Below, in pieces: positions 9,942 through 18,449 of a DNA stretch of 64,000 nucleotides; position 1 is the first letter of the stretch; each line of letters begins with the position of its first letter. Position numbers and translations under genes: made by a program. Location of the stretch: contig OY762209.1 in NCBI GenBank assembly GCA_963665295.1, positions 960,001 through 1,024,000 of the forward strand. The letters run 5' to 3'. The notes beneath the pieces are model-generated. The model saw only the letters and a program-made list of their open reading frames with translations, searched no databases and was not told the origin of the DNA. The stretch comes from Syntrophorhabdaceae bacterium. Lineage in GTDB: Bacteria; Desulfobacterota; Syntrophorhabdia; Syntrophorhabdales; Syntrophorhabdaceae.

Positions 9942-9958
9942 TCAAAAGCATAGACCAC

Positions 9959-10115
9959 TTATTAAATATGCCGGTTGTGAGGTTCAGCAGGCAAGTTGAC
10001 GGGTCAAAACCGATGGGAGGCAGGCCCAGGACCATCGCGCGCTTCGCGGTACGGCCTTTCTTTCAACGGGCCTTTATTTCCGGCATCGATTTTATTAGAT
10101 ATGCCGGTTGTGAGG
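9959..10115 (+). repeat. 24-bp direct repeats (9959-9982, 10092-10115) 133 bp apart
   Basis: TTATTA(A/G)ATATGCCGGTTGTGAGG, one mismatch. Confidence 0.9.
9979..10091 (+). repeat. 113-bp direct repeat, copy 1 (copy 2 at 12059-12171)
   Basis: Ungapped alignment, offset 2080, 8 mismatches. Confidence 0.95.
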
Positions 10116-10214
10116 CCCCACGTTTCCAACGGGTCATCAAAAGGCAAAGAGCCTACAGGAACACGGGGCAAGGTAATAGTCGATGCCTTATGTGGACCCG
10201 CCGTTTTTCTTTCA

Positions 10215-10243
10215 TTGACGTGTGTTCGCAATCCTGATAGCAT
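10215..10243 (+). promoter_or_regulatory. Candidate sigma-70 promoter of the R-M operon
   Basis: TTGACG-N17-TAGCAT with extended -10 TG; ATG only 12 bp downstream, no SD. Confidence 0.5.
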
Positions 10244-10255
10244 AATCCTGACAGA

Positions 10256-10972
10256 ATGAACATCGACCTCACTGACAGGATCACCAAAGCAGTTTCTCAT
10301 TACTGGCAGACCCGATCTGCACAGCGTCAAAAACAGCAACAAAGCGGCAAAGCCGATCAAGGGTTGAGGAGCGCCGTAACGGGTGGTGCCCAGATGGATG
10401 GCTTCATTGATTTTCTGACCGACCTTATCGTACGGTCCGGTATAGGTGAGGAATTCGTTTTCCGGAGAAAGGCCGTTGAAATTCCGGGGTACTTCAGGCC
10501 CACCAAAGAATGGGACCTTCTTGTTGTTCGTGACAAGACGTTGATGGCGGTAATAGAAGCAAAGTCTCAGGTTGGTCCTTCTTTCGGAAACAACTTCAAT
10601 AACCGGACGGAGGAGGCAATAGGAAGCGCCCTCGACCTATGGACCGCGTTCAGGGAACGTGCGTACCTCGACAGCCCGCAACCCTTTTTGGGGTATTTCT
10701 TTATGCTTGAGGACTGTGAAGCGTCAGTCAGACCCGTCTCTGTCCAGGAGCACCACTTCAAGGTTTTCTCTGAATTCGTGGGCGCTTCATATATGAAACG
10801 TTACGAACTATTCTGCCGGAAGCTTGTCCTTGAAAGACATTACTCTGCCGCGGCTTTTATCACCTCAAGGTCTGATACCGGGATTAGGGGAGCATATAAG
10901 ACTCCTGCCGACGATTTATCCCTCGAACGGTTCGCCCGGACGTTGGCCGCCCACGTGAAGAGTTTTGCCTGA
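10256..10972 (+). CDS. Type II restriction endonuclease, PaeR7I/XhoI family
   Basis: RSAVTGGAQMDGF, PGYFRPTKEWDLLV, EAKSQVGPSFGNNFNNRTEEAIGSALDLWTA. Confidence 0.9.
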   Translation: MNIDLTDRITKAVSHYWQTRSAQRQKQQQSGKADQGLRSAVTGGAQMDGFIDFLTDLIVRSGIGEEFVFRRKAVEIPGYFRPTKEWDLLVVRDKTLMAVIEAKSQVGPSFGNNFNNRTEEAIGSALDLWTAFRERAYLDSPQPFLGYFFMLEDCEASVRPVSVQEHHFKVFSEFVGASYMKRYELFCRKLVLERHYSAAAFITSRSDTGIRGAYKTPADDLSLERFARTLAAHVKSFA

Positions 10973-11885
10973 AATCATGACTGCAACGTCTCACAGACTT
11001 ATTACGGGCGATGCACGAGATCTCGCCTTTTTGGCAGACGAGTCGGTGCACCTTGTAGTGACGTCTCCGCCCTATTGGAACCTAAAGCGATACAATGAAT
11101 CCCCTGATCAAATGGGTCACATCGAGGATTACGAGGTCTTTCTCCGGGAACTTGAGAAAGTATGGAGACACGTTTTTCGTGTGCTTGTTCCAGGCGGACG
11201 GCTTGTTTGTGTGGTCGGCGATGTCTGCGTCGCCAGACGCAATTTTGGGCGACACCTCGTATTTCCTCTCCACGCTGATATCTGCGTCATCTGCAGGCGG
11301 ATCGGCTTTGACAACCTCAATCCGATCATCTGGCACAAAATAGCCAATGCATCGTACGAGGTGGCAAATGGTTCAAGGTTCCTTGGAAAGCCGTATGAAC
11401 CAAACGCAATAGTCAAAAACGACATGGAGTTCATCCTCATGCAGCGGAAGCCCGGCGGATACCGGAAGCCCTCGGGGGCTCAGCGTGAAGCGAGCAGGAT
11501 ATCGAAGGAGGAATTCGACCGCTGGTTCCAGCAGATATGGAACATAACAGGAGCTTCAACAAAATACCATCCCGCGCCATTCCCCTCGGAACTGGCGACC
11601 CGCCTCGTACGCATGTTCTCTTTTGCGGGTGACACAGTTCTTGACCCATTTTGCGGCTCGGGTACCACCATGGTTGCCGCCCTCAGGACCGGGCGGAACA
11701 GTATCGGAGTGGAAATAGATCCGGATTATTGCCGGATGGCGGCCCGCTATCTCAAGGCCGAGAGTTCCAGTCTTTTCTCCGAGATTAACCTGGTCTTCGA
11801 AAGAGTCACTGCCGAAAACGAATGCATGGTAAGAGAGGATCAAACGCTTTACGAAATAAAACCGGCCCGTAAAAAACTGACCTGA
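10965..11885 (+). CDS. Beta-class amino DNA methyltransferase (N4-C/N6-A; start 10965 or 10977)
   Basis: VTSPPY (motif IV) precedes HPAPFP and LDPFCGSGTT (motif I). Confidence 0.93.
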   Translation: MPEIMTATSHRLITGDARDLAFLADESVHLVVTSPPYWNLKRYNESPDQMGHIEDYEVFLRELEKVWRHVFRVLVPGGRLVCVVGDVCVARRNFGRHLVFPLHADICVICRRIGFDNLNPIIWHKIANASYEVANGSRFLGKPYEPNAIVKNDMEFILMQRKPGGYRKPSGAQREASRISKEEFDRWFQQIWNITGASTKYHPAPFPSELATRLVRMFSFAGDTVLDPFCGSGTTMVAALRTGRNSIGVEIDPDYCRMAARYLKAESSSLFSEINLVFERVTAENECMVREDQTLYEIKPARKKLT

Positions 11886-11904
11886 CTTGCGGGGAACTCT
11901 GCGG

Positions 11905-12058
11905 GGGAGGCCTTTGATATCTATGCTTGTCCGGAGAAACCGCGGGGCGTGGGTTATCGGTTTAAAGGCTGACCGCATAGGACCTCGCGACATAGGCATT
12001 TTCCGACAGGCTTCAGTAGATCAAAAACAGCTTTGTACCGTTCTCTTTGAACTCCGTA
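11905..12058 (-). repeat. Inverted copy of 5327-5480
   Basis: Reverse complement encodes ...TEFKENGTKLFLIY* versus ...TELKENGTKLFSIY*. Confidence 0.95.
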
Positions 12059-12171
12059 GAGGTTCGGCAAGCAAGTTGACGGGTCAGAACCGATGGGAGA
12101 CAGTCCCGGGACAATCGCGCGCTTCGCGGTACGGCCTTTATTTCAACGGGCCTTTATTTCCGGCATCGATT
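12059..12171 (+). repeat. 113-bp direct repeat, copy 2
   Basis: 93% identical to 9979-10091. Confidence 0.95.
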
Positions 12172-12358
12172 GATTAAAATAAATAGGTTGCGCCGGGTGG
12201 AGTAGGTGGGGGCGTGGAGCGAAAGTTTCAGATGGGCTGCTCTGTGAAGGGGTGTGGCCTGGAGCCGTACTTAATGTACGGAGGAAGGCTCGCCCCTTTG
12301 CAGAGGGGTCCATATGGAGCTTTCACTTCACGCCCCCACCTGTCCACTGGAACTAAAC
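12149..12358 (+). repeat. 210-bp structured element, copy A (long hairpin ~12197-12347, apex CCGTAC-TTAAT-GTACGG)
   Basis: Homologous to 46900-47109; imperfect palindrome with G.T wobbles. Confidence 0.9.
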
Positions 12359-12461
12359 ATACCACAACTTCCGAATACATCAGAACTTTCTCCGAGCCCC
12401 TCTGCTCCGTGCGCCTCTTCCGCTGCCCGTGGGCGGTCCCGGGGCGGTCCGAGGTATTTTA

Positions 12462-12490
12462 TTGCATTAACTTGAAAAACTTACTATAAT
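12462..12490 (+). promoter_or_regulatory. Sigma-70 promoter of the phoU-pst operon
   Basis: TTGCAT-N17-TATAAT. Confidence 0.7.
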
Positions 12491-12521
12491 CTGCGCGGTA
12501 AATCCATGAGGAGGACCATCG

Positions 12522-13202
12522 GTGGAAGGACATATCTATAAGGCCTTCGATTTAGAGTTGAAGGAGCTTAAAGAGAAACTGCTCTATGAGGGCGGGCTCG
12601 TGGAAAGGGGCATCAGGGACGCTACCAAGGCGCTCCTCGAGCGCTATTCCGAACTTGCCCAGAAGGTCATCGAGGACGACGAGGTGATCAACGCCAAAGA
12701 GGTGGAGATCGACGAATACTGTCTGAAACTCCTCGCCCTCCGCCAGCCCGCGGCGCGGGACTTGAGATTCATCACCACCGCCATCAAGATCAATTACGAT
12801 CTCGAAAGAATCGGCGACATGGCGGTCAACATCTGCGAGAGGGTCCTGGAACTGAACGAGGAACCACAGCTCAAGCCCTACATCGACCTCCCCACCATGG
12901 CTGGGACGGTCCAGCTCATGGTAAAGGAAAGCCTTGATGCATTTGTGAGGGAAGATGTCGAATTAGCGAAAAAAGTCACGGAACAGGACGCAAAGGTTGA
13001 CCAGCTTCTGGAACAGATATTCCGGGAACTGCTCACCTACATGATGCAGGACCTTAAGACCATCTCGAGGGCCACTAGGCTCCTCTTCATATCGAAGTAC
13101 CTCGAGAGGATGGCGGACCACGCAGTCAATATCGCGGAACTGGTGATATTCATGGTTCAGGGGAAAATCATCAGGCACCTCAAGGACCATCCCGGGGAAT
13201 AA
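12522..13202 (+). CDS. phoU: Phosphate signalling protein PhoU
   Basis: QPAARDLR, DLERIGDMAVNI, LERMADHAVNIAE; GTG start with GAGGAGG. Confidence 0.96.
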   Translation: MEGHIYKAFDLELKELKEKLLYEGGLVERGIRDATKALLERYSELAQKVIEDDEVINAKEVEIDEYCLKLLALRQPAARDLRFITTAIKINYDLERIGDMAVNICERVLELNEEPQLKPYIDLPTMAGTVQLMVKESLDAFVREDVELAKKVTEQDAKVDQLLEQIFRELLTYMMQDLKTISRATRLLFISKYLERMADHAVNIAELVIFMVQGKIIRHLKDHPGE

Positions 13203-13205
13203 GCA

Positions 13206-14021
13206 ATGGCAAAGGCCATCGGCATCATCCTTTCCTTTACAATAATGGTGTTCTTTTTCTCGGGCTGCTTGCCGGAGAAAGAAGGACGGAAGGCAAAGAA
13301 GCACACCATCACCGTGGCGGGCTCCACCTCGGTCATGCCCTTCACCGAGAAGCTCGCGGAACATTTCATGGTGGACCACCCGGAACTCGTGGTGGATGTG
13401 CAGGGCGGCGGCTCTACCGCCGGCATTCAGGCGTGTTTGAACAGGACGGTAAACATCGGCATGTCATCGAGGCAGCTCAAAGAAGGCGAGACGAGTCTCA
13501 GGGAGATAATTATCTGTTATGACGGAATATCCGTGGTAGTCCACGCGGGCAACCCCATCAACGGCCTCTCCCTGAAGCAGGTGGCCGACATCTTTGCGGG
13601 CAGGATCACCAACTGGCGCGAGCTGGGCTGGGTCAACAGGAAGATCGACGTCATCACGAGAGAAGAAGGCTCGGGCACCCGAGGCTCCTTCGAAGACCTT
13701 GTAATGAAGGGTCAGGAGATAGACGACGCCATCATGGTCCAGGATTCGAACGGCTCCGTAAAGGAGATCGTGGCAACGGACCCTTACGCCATGGGGTACA
13801 TATCGCTGGGCCTCGTGGACAAGAGGGTGAAGGCCCTCGCCATCGACGGGATCATGCCCACGGTGCAGAGCATAAAGTCGAAGGACTACAGGATCGTACG
13901 CCCCTTCCTTTACCTCACCAACGGAGACCCGGCACCGTACGTGAAACCCTTCATAAGCTACGTGCTCGGGGACGGGCAGCGCGTCCTAAAGAAAGAGGGG
14001 TTGATAGGGGCAAATGACTAA
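13206..14021 (+). CDS. pstS: Phosphate ABC transporter binding lipoprotein
   Basis: Lipobox FSGC, AGSTSV, GGGSTAG, REEGSGTR. Confidence 0.93.
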   Translation: MAKAIGIILSFTIMVFFFSGCLPEKEGRKAKKHTITVAGSTSVMPFTEKLAEHFMVDHPELVVDVQGGGSTAGIQACLNRTVNIGMSSRQLKEGETSLREIIICYDGISVVVHAGNPINGLSLKQVADIFAGRITNWRELGWVNRKIDVITREEGSGTRGSFEDLVMKGQEIDDAIMVQDSNGSVKEIVATDPYAMGYISLGLVDKRVKALAIDGIMPTVQSIKSKDYRIVRPFLYLTNGDPAPYVKPFISYVLGDGQRVLKKEGLIGAND

Positions 14022-14877
14022 GAAGTCATTCACGAAAGAAAATTTCGTCAAGTGGGTGCTGACAGGTTTTGCCTTCTCCTCCCTCCTGTTCCTGTTCCTC
14101 ATCTTCGCCTTCATCCTGGTGGAAGGACTGCCGCTTTTCCTCAAGGTCGGCCTGAACAAGATCATTTTCGGGTTCAAGTGGGCCCCCACAAAGGGTTCTT
14201 TCGGGATCTTCCCCATGATCATATCGTCCTTTCTCGTCACCTTCGGCGCCCTCGTTATCGGCGCTCCCATGGGCCTCTCCTGCGCCATATACCTCTCGGA
14301 GTATTCGGGCAAGAAGATGCAGATGTTTCTCAAGCCCGCCCTCGAACTTCTCGCGGGCATCCCTTCCGTGGTCTACGGCTTCCTCGGGGTAATCTACATT
14401 GTCCCCATCGTGAGGAATTACCTCGGAGGCTCCGGCTTCTCCCTTCTCGCCACGTCCATAATCCTCGGGATAATGATACTGCCCACCATTATCAGCATCT
14501 CCTTCGACGCCCTGGTAAGCGTACCCAGGACGTACCGTGAGGGCTCCTTCGCCATGGGGGCCACCAAGTGGCAGACCATCTACAGGGTCATCATCCCTTC
14601 GGCCAAATCGGGCATCCTCGCGAGTTTCATCCTCGGCATGGGCCGGGCCATCGGAGAGACCATGGCGGTCATCATGGTGGCGGGCAACGCGCTCAAAATA
14701 CCGGTGACCATACTGGACCCCCTGAGGACCCTCACCGGCAATATCGCCCTGGAACTCGCCTATGCCACGGGCGACCACAGGCAGAGCCTCTTCTCCACGG
14801 GGGTCGTGCTCCTCGTAATCATCATGATCCTCAATTACATCGCTAACTTCGGAATAAAGAGGAAGGTCATTAAATGA
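14014..14877 (+). CDS. pstC: Phosphate ABC permease
   Basis: ELLAGIPSVVYG, GRAIGETMAV. Confidence 0.95.
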   Translation: MTKKSFTKENFVKWVLTGFAFSSLLFLFLIFAFILVEGLPLFLKVGLNKIIFGFKWAPTKGSFGIFPMIISSFLVTFGALVIGAPMGLSCAIYLSEYSGKKMQMFLKPALELLAGIPSVVYGFLGVIYIVPIVRNYLGGSGFSLLATSIILGIMILPTIISISFDALVSVPRTYREGSFAMGATKWQTIYRVIIPSAKSGILASFILGMGRAIGETMAVIMVAGNALKIPVTILDPLRTLTGNIALELAYATGDHRQSLFSTGVVLLVIIMILNYIANFGIKRKVIK

Positions 14878-15710
14878 GGATAAACCCGCGCATAATAGAC
14901 ATGGCCGTCAAGATCGGCCTCAATGGTCAGGCCTTTTTCACGGTAGGCATACTGATTGTCATCGTAGGGGTGATCTTCGTTAAGGGATGTCCCTATGTAA
15001 ACCTCGAATTCATCTTTTCTTCCCCTGAAGATATGGGACGGCACGGGGGAATCTTTTCCTCTATCGTAGGGACCGTCCTTCTCGCGCTTCTTTCCATCGT
15101 TTTCGCCACGCCCCTGGGCGTGGGCACGGCCATATACCTTACGGAGTACACGAAGGAATCGGCCCTTACGAAGATGATCCGCTTCGGCGTGGAATCCCTC
15201 GCAGGCATCCCTTCCATCCTTTACGGCCTTTTCGGTTTCATCTTCTTCGTCATCAAGCTTGGAATGGGCTGGTCGGTCCTGGCGGGCGTCCTCACCTTGA
15301 CGATCATGATATTGCCCACCATCATCAGGACCAGTGAAGAGGCCATAAAGTCGGTGCCGAGGAACCTTCGCATCGTGAGCTACTCTCTGAGCGCCACCAG
15401 ATGGGAGACGGTAACGAAAGTGGTACTGCCTTCCGCGGCGCCGGGCATACTGACAGGCATAATGCTGAGTGTCGGCAGGGCCGTGGGCGAAACGGCGGCA
15501 GTCATATTCACCATGGGAAGCTCGCTTCGGGTCCCCACGTCCCTCATGGATTCGGGGAGGACCATGGCGGTACACTTCTATATTCTCGCAAGGGAAGGTA
15601 TTTCCATGGAAAAGGCCTATGCCACCGCGCTGGTCCTCGTATTGAGCATACTTTTCATCAACGTCATTGCGTATTACATTATGAACAGGGTGATTTCGAG
15701 ATATTCGTGA
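14874..15710 (+). CDS. pstA: Phosphate ABC permease
   Basis: LAGIPSILYGLFG, GRAVGETA. Confidence 0.95.
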   Translation: MRINPRIIDMAVKIGLNGQAFFTVGILIVIVGVIFVKGCPYVNLEFIFSSPEDMGRHGGIFSSIVGTVLLALLSIVFATPLGVGTAIYLTEYTKESALTKMIRFGVESLAGIPSILYGLFGFIFFVIKLGMGWSVLAGVLTLTIMILPTIIRTSEEAIKSVPRNLRIVSYSLSATRWETVTKVVLPSAAPGILTGIMLSVGRAVGETAAVIFTMGSSLRVPTSLMDSGRTMAVHFYILAREGISMEKAYATALVLVLSILFINVIAYYIMNRVISRYS

Positions 15711-15716
15711 GCGGCC

Positions 15717-16472
15717 ATGGACGTTAAAATAACCATAGAAGAACTGAAAGTCTCCTTCGGGACCAATGAAATCCTGAAAGGCGTGAGCGCGAACGTGTTC
15801 AAGAACCAGATCACGGGCTTCATGGGACCCGCGGGAAGCGGCAAATCCACCCTCATATCCGTGCTCAACAGGATGATCGACTTCGAGGACGGCGCCCGTG
15901 TCCAGGGTAGGGTCTACATCGACGGGGAAGACATCCTCGACGACGGAATAGATGACGTGCAACTGAGGAGGAGGGTCGGTACCGTCTTCGCGGTGCCCAC
16001 GCCACTGCCCCGCTCCATCCATGAAAACGTGGCCTATGGCCCGAGGCTCCAGGGCATAAACGGCAAGGCCGGGCTTATGCGTATCGTGGAACAAAGTTTG
16101 AAGAAGGCATTCCTCTGGGATGAAGTAAAGGACAGGCTCGGCTCGTCGGCCCTCAAACTCTCCGGAGGTCAGCAGCAGAGACTCTGTCTCGCAAGGACAT
16201 TGGCCCTGAAACCCGAGATAATCCTTCTCGACGAGCCGTGTTCAGGCCTCGACCCCATTTCCACGGCAAAGATCGAAGAGGCCCTGGACGAACTCAAGAA
16301 AGAATATACCATCATACTCGTGTCGAACAACACCAAGCAGATCGCCCGCATTACGGACTACGTGTCCTTTTTCTATATGGGGAGCCTCATCGAATACGGC
16401 CCCACGGAGAAGGTATTTACGAACCCCTCCGTCCAGCAGACTGAAGATTACATCCAGGGGAAATTCGGATAA
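15717..16472 (+). CDS. pstB: Phosphate ABC ATPase, copy 1 (intact signature, altered Q- and H-loops)
   Basis: [34 protein letters not shown] and VSNN in place of VFQ and THN. Confidence 0.9.
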   Translation: MDVKITIEELKVSFGTNEILKGVSANVFKNQITGFMGPAGSGKSTLISVLNRMIDFEDGARVQGRVYIDGEDILDDGIDDVQLRRRVGTVFAVPTPLPRSIHENVAYGPRLQGINGKAGLMRIVEQSLKKAFLWDEVKDRLGSSALKLSGGQQQRLCLARTLALKPEIILLDEPCSGLDPISTAKIEEALDELKKEYTIILVSNNTKQIARITDYVSFFYMGSLIEYGPTEKVFTNPSVQQTEDYIQGKFG

Positions 16473-17224
16473 TGAACGGATATGCGTTGGAAACCGCAAA
16501 CCTGAACCTCCATTACGGGAGCTTCCATTCCCTCAAGGATGTGAACTTTCACGTATTCCAAAGATCGATCACCGCTCTCATAGGGCCTTCCGGGTGCGGC
16601 AAATCGACCCTTCTGCGCTGCTTCAACCGGATGAACGACCTCATCGACGACGTGAAGATCGACGGGACCATACTGGTGGAGGGCCAGGATATCGAAGGCG
16701 TCGACATTATCGAGCTTAGAAAGAGGGTGGGCATGGTCTTCCAGAGACCGAACCCCTTCCCTTTTTCCGTATATGAAAACCTGATTTACGGCCTCAAAGT
16801 GCACGGTCTGGGCAACAGAAAACGGAACCACGAGGTGGTGGAGCGGTGCCTCAAGGCGGTGGGCCTGTGGGAAGACCTGAAGGACAAGCTTGCCTCTCCC
16901 GCCCTCGCCCTGTCCGAAGAGATCAAGCAGCGCCTCTGCATTGCCCGGCTCCTCACGGTGGAACCGGAGATCATCCTCCTCGACGAACCGTGCTCGGCCC
17001 TTGATCCCATTGCCACCCTCAGGGTGGAGGAGCTTATGCTCGAACTGAAGAAAGACTACACCATCCTCATCGTGACCCACAATATGCAGCAGGCGGCCAG
17101 GGTTTCCGATTACACGGGATTCATGCTCCTGGGAGACCTCGTGGAGTTCGGTGAGACTTCCCAGATATTCACCTCTCCCCGGGACGTAAGGACGGAAGAT
17201 TACATTACCGGCCGTTTCGGATAG
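16472..17224 (+). CDS. pstB: Phosphate ABC ATPase, copy 2 (degenerate signature)
   Basis: [32 protein letters not shown] in place of LSGGQQQR. Confidence 0.9.
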   Translation: MNGYALETANLNLHYGSFHSLKDVNFHVFQRSITALIGPSGCGKSTLLRCFNRMNDLIDDVKIDGTILVEGQDIEGVDIIELRKRVGMVFQRPNPFPFSVYENLIYGLKVHGLGNRKRNHEVVERCLKAVGLWEDLKDKLASPALALSEEIKQRLCIARLLTVEPEIILLDEPCSALDPIATLRVEELMLELKKDYTILIVTHNMQQAARVSDYTGFMLLGDLVEFGETSQIFTSPRDVRTEDYITGRFG

Positions 17225-17234
17225 GAGAATCCCC

Positions 17235-18449
17235 ATGGAATTTCTGAAAGCCATCACATCGAAGGAAGCGAGAAGGCTGGTCGATGCCTTTCCCGTGTCG
17301 CCGGAGGCCGAGAGCCTCCCCATGGAAGACGCATACGAGCGGGTTCTCGCGGAAGACATCGTCTCCGCCCAGGACCTTCCCCAGTTTCCAAGGTCCTTGG
17401 TGGACGGGTATGCCCTCAAGGCCAAAGACACTTACGGCGCAAAAGAGACAAACCCCGCCCTCCTCTCCACAAAAGGTGAGGTCCAGGTAGGGGAAAAGAC
17501 GGATATGGTCCTCGAAGAGGGTTCTTCCATATACGTCAATACGGGCTCCATGGTGCCGGAAGGCGCGGACGGCGTGGTGATGCAGGAGTTCGTGCGCCGG
17601 GCCGACGACGAAATAGAGGTCACCCGGAGCATCTCGAAAGGCGAGAACATCTGCTTTCAAGGGGAAGACATACAGGAGGGCTCAAAGGTCCTTTCCAAGG
17701 GCGAAAGGCTCACGCCCTTTCACATGGGCACCCTCGCCGCCCTCGGCGTATCCCGGGTCCCCGTGTTCAAAAAGCCCGTCATAAGCCTTATATCGTCGGG
17801 CAATGAGATCCATGGGATAGAAGGGGAATTGCCTCCCGGAAAGGTGAGGGATATCAACCGCTATACCATTTCAGGTCTCCTTAAGCGACAGGGCGCCCTC
17901 GTTTCCTTCGAGGGTGTAGCCCGGGACGATCCCGCGGAGATCACCTCGAAACTCCTCGCCTCCAGGGAATCCTGCATGATCCTCATTTCCGGGGGAAGCT
18001 CGAAAGGGGAGAGGGATTTTGTGAGCGACTCCATAACGGGCCTCGGGGGGACCATCCTGTTCCACGGGGTCAACATCAAGCCCGGAAAACCGACCATATT
18101 CGCGGAATTGTGGCAGAAACCCGTGTTCGGCCTTCCCGGTCACCCGGCATCCTGCGCCCTCGCCGCTATCCGGTTTGTCCTGCCCCTCACGGCAAGACTC
18201 ACGGGGGAGACCTCCTGCCGCCAAAACAGGGTGACGGCAACGCTCACCACCAACGCGCCTTCATCCTACGGCGTGGAGGAGTACGTGAGGGTAAGTTTGA
18301 AAGAAGAACCCGGCCGGTGGTCCGCAACCCCCGTTTTTTCAAAATCAGCAATCATTTCCTCCCTTTCCGCCGCTTCAGGGTACGTCGTTATCCCCGAGGG
18401 CAGCGAAGGGTTGGAGAGAGGCGAGCAAGTGGAGGTATATCTCTTTTGA
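17235..18449 (+). CDS. moeA: Molybdopterin molybdo/tungstotransferase MoeA
   Basis: FPRSLVDGYA, SGGSSKGERD, IKPGKPT, GLPGHP. Confidence 0.95.
   Translation: MEFLKAITSKEARRLVDAFPVSPEAESLPMEDAYERVLAEDIVSAQDLPQFPRSLVDGYALKAKDTYGAKETNPALLSTKGEVQVGEKTDMVLEEGSSIYVNTGSMVPEGADGVVMQEFVRRADDEIEVTRSISKGENICFQGEDIQEGSKVLSKGERLTPFHMGTLAALGVSRVPVFKKPVISLISSGNEIHGIEGELPPGKVRDINRYTISGLLKRQGALVSFEGVARDDPAEITSKLLASRESCMILISGGSSKGERDFVSDSITGLGGTILFHGVNIKPGKPTIFAELWQKPVFGLPGHPASCALAAIRFVLPLTARLTGETSCRQNRVTATLTTNAPSSYGVEEYVRVSLKEEPGRWSATPVFSKSAIISSLSAASGYVVIPEGSEGLERGEQVEVYLF

Noticed and set aside
9959..10115. Possible mini CRISPR array
   Set aside because: Only two repeats, a 109-bp spacer and no cas genes
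9932..10259. Short ORFs over the repeats (also 11887..12177, 12214..12489, 46841..47134)
   Set aside because: Shared peptides simply reflect the DNA repeats; no RBS or recognisable motifs
12149..12358. 210-bp element as a simple Rho-independent terminator or canonical attC
   Set aside because: Stem of ~70 bp without a U-tract; lacks the 5'-RYYYAAC...GTTRRRY-3' arrangement
18110..18445. N-terminal extension of the 753-aa ORF
   Set aside because: Overlaps moeA; the SD-supported TTG start is at 18446
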